DNA of 25,580 nt from a virus (taxonomy: Duplodnaviria; Caudoviricetes), in the IMG/VR virus record IMGVR_UViG_3300003375_000132, positions 1 through 25,580 of that record; one strand, written 5' to 3'. Below, in pieces: positions 15,021 through 23,353 of the stretch; the first letter of the stretch is position 1, and each line of letters starts with the position of its first letter. The notes under the pieces were generated by a model, which was not told where the DNA came from, searched no databases, and saw only the letters and a list, made by a program, of their open reading frames with translations. Both the position numbers and the translations under genes were made by a program.

Positions 15021-16535
15021 ATGAACGTATTTGCCCAAATCACCAAGGTCGATGTCGCCAAGCGCGAGGTTTGGGGCCGCGCCGCACAGGAGGTGCCGGA
15101 CCATTCGTCCGAAATTCTGGACTACGAAACCAGCAAGCCCTACTTCGAGGCTTGGTCAAGCGATGTCGCCAAGTCCACGGACGGCAAGAGCCTGGGCAAT
15201 GTTCGCTCCATGCACAGCAACGTCGCCGCCGGCAAGGTGATTTCCATGACGTTTGACGACGCGCAAAAGGCGATCGATGTCGGCGTCAAGGTAGTTGACG
15301 ACAACGAATGGGAGAAGGTCCTGGAGGGCGTGCACAGCGGCTTCAGCATCGGCGGCAAGTATGTCAAGAAGTGGCAGGACGGCGATCTGACGCGCTACAC
15401 GGCCGACCCGAACGAGGTTTCCCTGGTGGACCGCCCCTGCATCCCGACCGCCACGTTCTTCGACGTCGTCAAGGCTGACGGTGTGATCGAGAAGGTTGCG
15501 TTCAAGTCCCAGCCAGCCCCCGCCGCTAAGCAGGCGCCCGTAATCGCGGTCGCTGCCATTGATGAATTGGCCGATATGCTGAACAAGGGCACGATCAGCC
15601 CAGCGCGCCTGGTCGAGCTGGCCAAGGCGGACAAGCCTGCGCCTGAAAAGCCACCCGTCGACAAGGCCAGCAAAGGCCAGAATCCGCATCTGGCGGAACT
15701 GACCAAGCGAGCCGATGACATCAAAAAGGGGTTGTACACCGTCGGCAGTCTGGCCGATCTGCTTGCTTCGCTGTCCTATATCCAAGAGTCCTGCCAATGG
15801 GAAGCTGAGTACGAAGGCGACAACAGCCCCGTCCCGGCCCAGATTCTGGTCGCTGTCAAGCAACTGGCCGACGCTCTTGTTGCGATGGCATCCGAGGAAG
15901 TCCAGGAAATGCTCGCCGCTTTGACGCCAGAGCAGGCCGATGCCAACCCAGACCCGATCGCGCTGGCTGCACCGTCTGGCGAGTTGGGCAAAATGATCGT
16001 TGAAGCCGTCAAGGCCGCACCAGTCGCAGACTGGGAAACCGCTGTCGAGAAGGTGCTTTCCAAGTCCGGCAGCCGCAACAGCAAGGCCGATCAGGAACAT
16101 CTGGACGCCGCGCATGCACATCTGCAAAAGGCGGCCGGCCACTTGGTTGCCGCCGGCGCAGATCCGCACCCCGGCGATGACAAGGCCACCGACCCGCCTG
16201 AGCAGGGCGACGATGAGGGCAACAAGTCCGGAGCCAACAAGCCCGAGCCAACGACGGAAAAGACCACCCCGGCTGGCGACTTGCTGAAGGCAGCGACCGC
16301 CCCGAACGCTGAGCTGATGGCCGCCATGGCCGCCATGGCAGAAGAAATCGCCAAGCTAAAAAAGCAGCCAATGCCAATGCCTGGAACCACCCTGCGCGCG
16401 GTAGGCAAAGGTGAGGACATCCAGGCCGCGTCGCCTGCATCTTTGGCGGCGACCGAAGGCACTCACAACCCGAATGCAGCCATTGAGCTGATCAAGCGCA
16501 ACGCTGCATCAGCCGGCGCCTTCGGACGCTTCTAA
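15021..16535 (+). CDS. prohead protease with C-terminal scaffold region
   Basis: VRSMH...AAGKV, GFSIGG, EVSLVDRPCIP; helical/low-complexity C-terminus; GAGG SD. Confidence 0.85.
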   Translation: MNVFAQITKVDVAKREVWGRAAQEVPDHSSEILDYETSKPYFEAWSSDVAKSTDGKSLGNVRSMHSNVAAGKVISMTFDDAQKAIDVGVKVVDDNEWEKVLEGVHSGFSIGGKYVKKWQDGDLTRYTADPNEVSLVDRPCIPTATFFDVVKADGVIEKVAFKSQPAPAAKQAPVIAVAAIDELADMLNKGTISPARLVELAKADKPAPEKPPVDKASKGQNPHLAELTKRADDIKKGLYTVGSLADLLASLSYIQESCQWEAEYEGDNSPVPAQILVAVKQLADALVAMASEEVQEMLAALTPEQADANPDPIALAAPSGELGKMIVEAVKAAPVADWETAVEKVLSKSGSRNSKADQEHLDAAHAHLQKAAGHLVAAGADPHPGDDKATDPPEQGDDEGNKSGANKPEPTTEKTTPAGDLLKAATAPNAELMAAMAAMAEEIAKLKKQPMPMPGTTLRAVGKGEDIQAASPASLAATEGTHNPNAAIELIKRNAASAGAFGRF

Positions 16536-16621
16536 GAAAAACCAGCCCCGCCGGCTTCACCGTCAGCGGTCCACCACAACCCAAAACCAAGCCCGGCGCA
16601 GCCGGCCCTTCAACCTTAACC

Positions 16622-16648
16622 AGGCCACCTTCGGGTGGCTTTTTTGTT
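16622..16648 (+). terminator. intrinsic terminator-like hairpin
   Basis: GCCACC-TTCG-GGTGGC followed by TTTTTT. Confidence 0.75.
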
Positions 16649-16662
16649 TCCGCGCACCCGTA

Positions 16663-16691
16663 AGGCTGTCCGTTTGGGCGGCCTTTTTTTT
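16663..16691 (+). terminator. second terminator-like hairpin abutting the capsid SD
   Basis: AAGGCTGTCC-GTTT-GGGCGGCCTT followed by T8. Confidence 0.6.
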
Positions 16692-16704
16692 GGAGATCGC
16701 CACC

Positions 16705-18192
16705 ATGAATCAAGCAGTCACCCAGGCAACCCTTGACCTGATCAAGGCCGCCCTGTCGTCCCCGTCGGAAGAACTCCGCAAAACTGTCAGCACCTCGACC
16801 GGCCTTGTCCCGTTCGACCTGCAGGCCCCATCCAAGAACCTGTACCCTGTCGCAACGCCCCTTCGCAACGTGATTCCTCGCGTTGGCGGTGGCGTCGGTA
16901 CCGCGACCAACTGGAAGGTCATTTCTGCCATCCTCGGCTCTGGCTATGACGCCATGGGCTGGGTCCCGGAAGGCCAGCGCACCGGTCGCATGAGCTACGC
17001 CGCAGTCCCCAAAGCCGCCAGCTACAAGACGCTTGGCGAAGAAGACAACATCACCTTTGAAGCAATCAACGCCGGCAAGTCCTTTGAAGACGTCGCCGCC
17101 ACGGGCGTGATGCGCATCCTGCAGAAGATGATGCTGAAGGAAGAAAACGCCATCTTGGGCGGAAACAACAGCATGGCGCTGTCCGCTCCGGCCGCACCTA
17201 CCGTGACGTCGGCATCCACCGGCGGTTCGATCGCTGCCGGTACCTACAACGTCTACGCCGTGGCGCTGACGTACGAAGGCTATCGCAGCAGCAGCGTCGC
17301 CACCGGCATCGCAACCAGCCAGTCAATCACTGGCGCTGACGGGCAAACCTACGCACAGTCTGGCGGCAGTTCGGCCAAATCTTCCCCCACGTCGACTGGC
17401 GCGATCTCGGGAAGCACGAACACCATCAGCGCATCCACCGGCTACGTGTCGGGCGCTCTGGGCTATGCCTGGTTTGTGGGCACATCTGGCAATGAAACGC
17501 TCCAGGCGATCACCACGATCAACAGCGTGACCCTGACCGCACTGATTTCTGGCGTACAGAATGCCAGCGCGATCACCGCGAACAACAGCAACAACAGCCT
17601 GGCCTATGACGGCTTGCTGTACAGCTGCTTCAACGGCGGCGGCTACGTGAACAACCTGGCAACCGGTACCGCTGGCACTGGCACCTACCTGACCTCGTCG
17701 GGCCGTGGTTCGGTGAACGAGATCGACGCCATGCTGGTGTCTATGTGGCAGAACTACCAGGTGTCGCCGGATGTGATCTACTGCAACGCGCAGGAAATCA
17801 AGAACATCACGACCAAGGTCCTAACCAGCGCCAGCGGCCCGCTGCTGCACATGAATAACAACAACCCGCAGGATCCGTACGCGATCATGGCCGGTAACGT
17901 TGTCAGCTACTACTTCAACCCGTTCGCGTTGAACGGCGGCATCAAGATCCCAATCCGGATTCACCCGCTGCTGCCGCCTGGCACGATCGTTGGCTGGTCC
18001 AGCCAACTGCCTGCCCAGTACCAGAACAACGAAACCCCGAACGTCGCGGAAATGAAGACCCGTGCTGATTACTACTCCCTGGAGTGGCCGATCAAGACCC
18101 GCGCCCGGGAATACGGCGTATATTGCGAAGAAGTCCTGGCGGTGTACGCACCGTTTGCGATGGGAATTATTACCAACATTGCGAACGGCTGA
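16705..18192 (+). CDS. major capsid protein with an internal Ser/Thr/Gly-rich domain
   Basis: Follows the protease; GGAG SD; TPLRNVIPRV, MLKEENAILGG, PDVIYCN, EEVLAVYAP. Confidence 0.85.
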   Translation: MNQAVTQATLDLIKAALSSPSEELRKTVSTSTGLVPFDLQAPSKNLYPVATPLRNVIPRVGGGVGTATNWKVISAILGSGYDAMGWVPEGQRTGRMSYAAVPKAASYKTLGEEDNITFEAINAGKSFEDVAATGVMRILQKMMLKEENAILGGNNSMALSAPAAPTVTSASTGGSIAAGTYNVYAVALTYEGYRSSSVATGIATSQSITGADGQTYAQSGGSSAKSSPTSTGAISGSTNTISASTGYVSGALGYAWFVGTSGNETLQAITTINSVTLTALISGVQNASAITANNSNNSLAYDGLLYSCFNGGGYVNNLATGTAGTGTYLTSSGRGSVNEIDAMLVSMWQNYQVSPDVIYCNAQEIKNITTKVLTSASGPLLHMNNNNPQDPYAIMAGNVVSYYFNPFALNGGIKIPIRIHPLLPPGTIVGWSSQLPAQYQNNETPNVAEMKTRADYYSLEWPIKTRAREYGVYCEEVLAVYAPFAMGIITNIANG

Positions 18193-18244
18193 TTGTTTAC
18201 ATACGGACTAATGGATACCATGTAGCCTTCAGAAAGGGCTACAT

Positions 18245-18739
18245 ATGACCATCGGAGAAAAAGACCTGTTCCTACTCGGTCGAGAGTTCAGGTTTTGGAT
18301 GACCATCGAAATTGGCGAAGAAAACCAGTGCTGGAATTGGCTTGGAACCAAAACCAAGGCCGGCTATGGCGCTGTCAATTTCCTCCGAAATCGAACCACA
18401 AGCCACAGGATTGCATTCCTGCTGGCAGGTGGGGCGCTTGGTCCTTCCGATGTTGTTATGCATGTATGCGATAACCCTTCTTGCTGTAACCCGAGGCACC
18501 TGCTGGCTGGCACCCAGAAGCAAAATCTGGATGACATGAGGCAAAAGCACCGCGAAGGCGATTGCCGAAACTTCGGAGAGCGACACGGAAGATCGAAGGT
18601 TACCTCCAGCCAGGTTGCAGAGATCAAAAGCGTGTATGCGGCAGGAAATGTCAGCCAAGCAGAAGTTGGTCAGCTCTTTGGACTGTCCCAGAACCAAGTA
18701 AGTCGAATCATCAGGGGCGAAAGCCGGCTGTTTGGATAG
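18245..18739 (+). CDS. free-standing HNH homing endonuclease with C-terminal HTH
   Basis: CWNWLG...GYG...SHRIAF...VMHVCDNPSCCNPRHL..GTQKQNLDDM; lower GC than the flanking genes. Confidence 0.92.
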   Translation: MTIGEKDLFLLGREFRFWMTIEIGEENQCWNWLGTKTKAGYGAVNFLRNRTTSHRIAFLLAGGALGPSDVVMHVCDNPSCCNPRHLLAGTQKQNLDDMRQKHREGDCRNFGERHGRSKVTSSQVAEIKSVYAAGNVSQAEVGQLFGLSQNQVSRIIRGESRLFG

Positions 18740-18756
18740 CCTGCATCGCTCAACGC

Positions 18757-18782
18757 AAAGCCACATTCGGGTGGCTTTTTTC
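18757..18782 (+). terminator. intrinsic terminator
   Basis: AAAGCCAC-ATTCGG-GTGGCTTT followed by a T run. Confidence 0.7.
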
Positions 18783-18808
18783 TTGTCTAAACCATTTCAG
18801 GAATCCCC

Positions 18809-19972
18809 ATGTCACTCATTCAGATGCTGACCCCGGCTGGCATCAGCCAGTTCGAGTCCCACAACACCGGCACCCGCTATACCCCGGATGCCAATTCCTA
18901 CATTTACGTCGCGCCCAACGACGTGCTGGACATGATTGCCAGCGGCTGCAGCGTGTTCAATGGCACGCTGAGCACAAATTACCGCAACCTGCTTGACGGT
19001 GGCGATTTCAGCGTCAACCCGTGGCAGCGCAACATCGCCGGCTTGGCGACGGCTGGCGTCATTGCAGCGGCAATCGCTGCGACCCCGACCTACTTCGCCG
19101 ACCGCTGGTTTGCAGCCGGCAGCGCGTCGTCTTCGATCCTGCTCTCGCAGATCGCAGATTCCAGCGTTCCCGGCTTCGCCATCGACTGCAAGGTGCAGCG
19201 CTCCAGCGCCAACACGAACACCGCACCGATCTACTTCGGGCAGGTGGTCGAGACGGCGGACGTGTACCGCACTCAGGGCCAGATCGTCACGTTCTCGTTC
19301 TGGGCTAAGGCCGGCGCCAACTTCAGCGCCGCCGGTTCGCTGCTTGGCGTTCAAGTCGTGACTGGAACTGGCACCAACCAGACCGCCGCACAGCTGCTGT
19401 CCACCTCCTGGACCGGCCAAGCCAATGCGCTGAACACCACCCAGGCGCTGACGACTTCCATGGCCCGCTACTCGTTCCAGGTGTCCATACCCGTCGGTGC
19501 GACGCAGGTTGCCGTTTTGTTGAACTTCACCCCCGTCGGAACCGCCGGCGCAGATGACAGCTTCACCGTCAACGGCCTGCAGCTGGAAGTCGGCGCGAGC
19601 GTCGGCCCGTTTGAGCACCGCGACATTCAGGTCGAGCTGGAAATCTGCCAGCGTTACGCCTGGATCGTGGCTGAGCCAGCCACTGGCGTGGTGGTTGGCA
19701 TCGGCGGAGCCGTGGCTGCAGCCAACAACCAGGTGTTCTACATGGCAACTCCGGTCCAGATGGTGAAAGCCCCGACCGTCACCGTCGCCGCCGGTTCGTT
19801 CAAGGTCGCTGCAGCAGCCGCCGCCGCCGCCGCAACTGGCATGGCCGCTGGCACGACCCACACACCGAACGCAATCAGCATCGTCTCGACGCTGACCCAA
19901 ACCGTCGGTCTGTCCGCAAGCCTGCAAGGCGGTGGCGGCTCCGGCTACATCGTCGCGTCCGCCGACTTCTAA
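18809..19972 (+). CDS. virion accessory protein (head decoration/fibre-like, putative carbohydrate-binding fold)
   Basis: RNLLDGGDFSVNPWQR...ADRW...VTFSFWAKA...LQLEVG...ELEICQRY, a pattern seen in phage fibre-type domains; lies between capsid and connectors. Confidence 0.6.
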   Translation: MSLIQMLTPAGISQFESHNTGTRYTPDANSYIYVAPNDVLDMIASGCSVFNGTLSTNYRNLLDGGDFSVNPWQRNIAGLATAGVIAAAIAATPTYFADRWFAAGSASSSILLSQIADSSVPGFAIDCKVQRSSANTNTAPIYFGQVVETADVYRTQGQIVTFSFWAKAGANFSAAGSLLGVQVVTGTGTNQTAAQLLSTSWTGQANALNTTQALTTSMARYSFQVSIPVGATQVAVLLNFTPVGTAGADDSFTVNGLQLEVGASVGPFEHRDIQVELEICQRYAWIVAEPATGVVVGIGGAVAAANNQVFYMATPVQMVKAPTVTVAAGSFKVAAAAAAAAATGMAAGTTHTPNAISIVSTLTQTVGLSASLQGGGGSGYIVASADF

Positions 19973-20035
19973 GCGCAACCGAGAAAGGCCCTGCCATCCT
20001 GGCAGGGCCCGACCTCCAAAAAAAGGAAAAGTGAA

Positions 20036-20239
20036 ATGCCAACTCTCAAAGCTCCCGCCGGCGTCAGCAGCGCCAGCATCGGTCAAAGCGTCTACACGGT
20101 AGAAGACGGCCAAATCACTGGCGTCCAGCCGGAGCACGCCTCCGCGCTCATTGAGTCGCACGGTTTCAGCATCGCTGAAGAGCCCGCGCCAAAAAAGAAG
20201 GCCTCCAAGAGTGGCGCTGAGGACATGGTCGCTCAATGA
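20036..20239 (+). CDS. small hypothetical head-module protein
   Basis: AAGGA SD; coupled to the next gene. Confidence 0.7.
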   Translation: MPTLKAPAGVSSASIGQSVYTVEDGQITGVQPEHASALIESHGFSIAEEPAPKKKASKSGAEDMVAQ

Positions 20240-20880
20240 GTGCGACCCTGGCCAGCACCGGCGCGCCGGTCGGCACCCCTGGCGACCTGACGGTTGTCGA
20301 GAACGTCCAGGCTTGGCTGAATCTCGCCAGCGCGGTCGACGCGACGATCATCGGACGCTTGATCTCCGCGCAGTCCGCATTCATCCAGAACTGGCTGGAC
20401 CGGACCATCGCCAGCACTCAATACACCGAGGTCCGCGACGGCTCTGGCATGGGGGCGGGCCGATATGAGATGGTGCTGGCGAACTACCCGATCACGGCCG
20501 TGGCGTCCCTGACCGTCGACGACATTCCGGTCCCGGCTTCGTCCGACAACGGCGTTGAGCAGCCTGGCTATGGATTTGACAGCTATCGCATCTTTGTCGC
20601 CCAGAACGGCAGCGTCGTCGATGCGATGTACTCGAACCAGTATTACTTCACCCGTGGGCGCGCGAACGTCCAGATCGTCTACACGGCCGGTTTCGCCGAG
20701 ATTCCCTACGACGTTGAACAGGCGTGCATCGAGCTGGTCGCGCTGCGCTACAGCGAGCGCAACCGCATTGGCCTGGCGAGCAAAGGTCTCGCCGGCGAAA
20801 CGACGGCATTCCAGCAAAAGGCGCTGACCGACTCCATTCTGCAGACGCTCCAGCAATACCGCCGGGTGGTGCCGCTGTGA
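20236..20880 (+). CDS. head-tail connector/adaptor
   Basis: VQAWL...YTAGFAEIPYDVEQACIELVA...LQQYRR. Confidence 0.8.
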   Translation: MSATLASTGAPVGTPGDLTVVENVQAWLNLASAVDATIIGRLISAQSAFIQNWLDRTIASTQYTEVRDGSGMGAGRYEMVLANYPITAVASLTVDDIPVPASSDNGVEQPGYGFDSYRIFVAQNGSVVDAMYSNQYYFTRGRANVQIVYTAGFAEIPYDVEQACIELVALRYSERNRIGLASKGLAGETTAFQQKALTDSILQTLQQYRRVVPL

Positions 20881-21356
20881 TTACCAGTTGGCTCGAAGGC
20901 GACCGGCAAATCGAGGCTCGGTTTGAACGGATCGAGCCGTCGCTTCGCGCCGAACTGCGGCGCACCGTCGAGATGTTGGCTATCAAGCTGGTGGCACATG
21001 CGCAAGCCGACTACTTGAGCGGCCAGTCTCTTGGCGTGCGCACCGGCAGGTTGCGCCGCTCAATTACCGAAGTGACGACAGCCACCGACACGTCGGTCAG
21101 CGCATCGGTGGGTCCTAACCTGCAAGCCGGGAAATATGCAGCAGCCTGGGAGTTCGGATTCGACCGCAAGGTCGGCGCCGGAGCCCGTGGTGGCCCGCGC
21201 ACCTTGCTAGGCCGGGCCCGAGAGCGGTACATGCTGAAGCACCCGCCGGGGATAAAGCACTACGCAGCGCGCCCATACATGCGCCCTGCGCTGGCGGATA
21301 TGCGCCCCCAAATCATTGAAGCCATTACCAAGGCCGTCGGGCCAGCCACCAAATGA
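20877..21356 (+). CDS. HK97 gp10-like neck/tail-completion protein
   Basis: RTGRLRRSI, YAAAWEFG, ARPYMRPAL. Confidence 0.8.
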   Translation: MITSWLEGDRQIEARFERIEPSLRAELRRTVEMLAIKLVAHAQADYLSGQSLGVRTGRLRRSITEVTTATDTSVSASVGPNLQAGKYAAAWEFGFDRKVGAGARGGPRTLLGRARERYMLKHPPGIKHYAARPYMRPALADMRPQIIEAITKAVGPATK

Positions 21357-21778
21357 GCCGCGAAGCAATCTATTCTGCGCTGTTCGCCAGGGTCAGTGCC
21401 GCCGCAGGGTTCACGACCGCCAGCAGGCTGCTCCAGCATTGGGGCGATGTCGCCCCCGCGCAGCAGCCGGCGCTGTTCCAGACGCAAAAGGGCGAGGCGG
21501 TCATGCAACAGACCAACCGGCCACCCATCTGGCGATACAGCGTCGACCTGTACATCTATGCGTACAGCAACAACCCGAGCGTCAGCCCGGCGATTCAGTT
21601 GAATGGCTTGATTGACGCCATCGAGGTGGCGCTCTCCCCTGCTTTCCCACCGGAAAACCAAACCCTTGGCGGCTTGGTGACCTACGCCCGGATCAACGGG
21701 CAAATCCAGACCGATGAGGGCGTCCTGGGCCAGCAAGCCGTCGCCATCATCCCCATCGAAATAGAGGCAACAGCATGA
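21353..21778 (+). CDS. putative tail terminator
   Basis: MSREAIYSALF start; size and position just before the tail tube. Confidence 0.65.
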   Translation: MSREAIYSALFARVSAAAGFTTASRLLQHWGDVAPAQQPALFQTQKGEAVMQQTNRPPIWRYSVDLYIYAYSNNPSVSPAIQLNGLIDAIEVALSPAFPPENQTLGGLVTYARINGQIQTDEGVLGQQAVAIIPIEIEATA

Positions 21779-21963
21779 AGTTAATCGGCCCTGTGGGCGT
21801 GCGCCTGCGCTTTGACACAGACGGCGTGAGCTACGTCGTCGAAAACGGCACCGTCACGCCGGACATCCCCGATCACCTCGTTCCCAGTTCGCTCTACGCA
21901 CTGGGATTCCATCAACCTGACCCCTCCCCGACCGAGACGCCCGAGGCACCCGCCGAAGACTGA
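21775..21963 (+). CDS. small hypothetical protein
   Basis: GAGG SD; ATGA overlap. Confidence 0.6.
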   Translation: MKLIGPVGVRLRFDTDGVSYVVENGTVTPDIPDHLVPSSLYALGFHQPDPSPTETPEAPAED

Positions 21964-21984
21964 CCGACCCCTTTTCAACGCAAC

Positions 21985-22009
21985 AGCCGCTTTTGAGCGG
22001 CTTTTTTTT
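21985..22009 (+). terminator. terminator-like hairpin
   Basis: AGCCGCT-TTTG-AGCGGCT followed by a T run. Confidence 0.7.
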
Positions 22010-22022
22010 GGAGTTTTCCATC

Positions 22023-22784
22023 ATGTCTCAATTCGCATTCGGCTCCGGCAACCTGTGGGGCACCCAACTGACCGACACCTATGGCAACGCGATCGCAGTC
22101 GCCAACCCGGTCAAGTTTGGCACCCTGCAAGACATCAGCATAGACATCAGCAAGGATGTCAAAGAGCTGTACGGTCAAAACGCCTTCCCGGTCGATGTCA
22201 GCACCGGCAAAGCCAAGATCGCGATCAAAGCAAAATCCGCCCAGATTTTCGGCGCGCTTTACAACAGCTTGTTCTTCGGCCAGACGCTGACTACGGGCCA
22301 AACCGTCGACTATGCCGATTCGACCGGCTCCGTGATCCCGACCACTCCCTACAGCGTCACGCCAACGCCCCCGAGCAGTGGCACCTGGTCCAAAGACCTG
22401 GGCGTCATCAATGCAAACGGCGATCCTCTGACCCGCCTGGCATCCGGAACGCCGGCGACCGGCCAATACACCGTTTCTTCCGGCGTCTACATCTTCGCCG
22501 CCGCTGACGTCGGCTCCACGGTGTTCATCAACTACCAGTACACGGTCAGCGCCAGCGGAAAGACGATGAACATCGTGAACGTCCCCATGGGCTACAGCCC
22601 GACGTTCAGCATGGACATCCTGGTCACCGGCAAGGGCAAGAGCCTGATCTACACGTTCCCGCAGTGCATCAGCAGCAAGCTGTCGCTGGCGACCAAGCTG
22701 GACGACTACGCGATCCCCGAGTTCGACATCAGCGCCTTCGCCAATGCGGCCGGCCAGGTCTGCACGATCAGCACTGCGGAGTAA
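22023..22784 (+). CDS. major tail tube protein
   Basis: GGAG SD; beta-rich; FGTLQDISIDIS...KELYG; precedes the chaperone and tape measure. Confidence 0.8.
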   Translation: MSQFAFGSGNLWGTQLTDTYGNAIAVANPVKFGTLQDISIDISKDVKELYGQNAFPVDVSTGKAKIAIKAKSAQIFGALYNSLFFGQTLTTGQTVDYADSTGSVIPTTPYSVTPTPPSSGTWSKDLGVINANGDPLTRLASGTPATGQYTVSSGVYIFAAADVGSTVFINYQYTVSASGKTMNIVNVPMGYSPTFSMDILVTGKGKSLIYTFPQCISSKLSLATKLDDYAIPEFDISAFANAAGQVCTISTAE

Positions 22785-22788
22785 TTGC

Positions 22789-23127
22789 ATGGAAATCACC
22801 CTTGAGGGAAAGTCGGTTTTCATGACGGAGCCGGCCTTCGGAAAAATCAAGAAGATCGTCTCTGTCTACAACCGAATGAACCTGGCGATCAGCCAGAGTT
22901 CCTCACCAATGGACGACGGCGTGATCGCAGGCATGAGCGAATTGCTCGCGCTGGCGCTGGACAAGTCGCCCGAGCAGCTGGATGAGATGAAGATCAGTTT
23001 TAGCGAAATGATGGCCGCTTTGCCATGCATCGCCGAACTGTGCGGCATCAGTTTCAAGCGTCATGAGGACGGCGCGCCGGGGGAGCGCCCGGGGGCGGAT
23101 GGGACGAACTCTACGTCCACCTCCTGA
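22789..23127 (+). CDS. tail assembly chaperone (G-like)
   Basis: Between tail tube and tape measure; ends with slippery G GGG GAG (23079-23085). Confidence 0.75.
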   Translation: MEITLEGKSVFMTEPAFGKIKKIVSVYNRMNLAISQSSSPMDDGVIAGMSELLALALDKSPEQLDEMKISFSEMMAALPCIAELCGISFKRHEDGAPGERPGADGTNSTSTS

Positions 23128-23342
23128 CGTGCTTCCCAGGCTGGACCTGGGAGTACATCGACGATCACATGACCTTCAGCCGCCTGGAGGCCATGAAGCG
23201 CTACTGGGACAAGGCGCCCCCGGTGCATGTCCTGGTGCGGGCGTTTGTGGGCTACGAGCCCACAGCGCCCAAGCGCGTCGATGGTGACGACGGCACCTTT
23301 GATGAGTTCATGGCAGCGATGTCATCCCTAAACCCTTCCTGA
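23079..23342 (+). CDS. tail assembly chaperone -1 frameshift extension (T-like)
   Basis: The -1 frame reads WDELYVHLLTCFPGWTWEYIDDHMTFSRLEAMKRYWDKAPPVHVLV... to TGA at 23340-23342. Confidence 0.75.
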   Translation, partial: GGAPGGGWDELYVHLLTCFPGWTWEYIDDHMTFSRLEAMKRYWDKAPPVHVLVRAFVGYEPTAPKRVDGDDGTFDEFMAAMSSLNPS

Positions 23343-23353
23343 GAACAACACAC

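Noticed and set aside
15156-16169. 337-aa minus-strand ORF (also 8250-9149, 12599-13409, 14044-14776, 21975-22850 and those over the tape measure)
   Set aside because: Shadow ORFs of well-supported plus-strand genes, without domains or start signals.
19987-20009. GGCCCTGCCA-TCC-TGGCAGGGCC hairpin as a terminator
   Set aside because: Strong stem but no adjacent U-tract on the plus strand; function unassigned.
18812-20236. 474-aa minus-strand ORF
   Set aside because: In-register shadow of a GC3-rich structural gene; no motifs.
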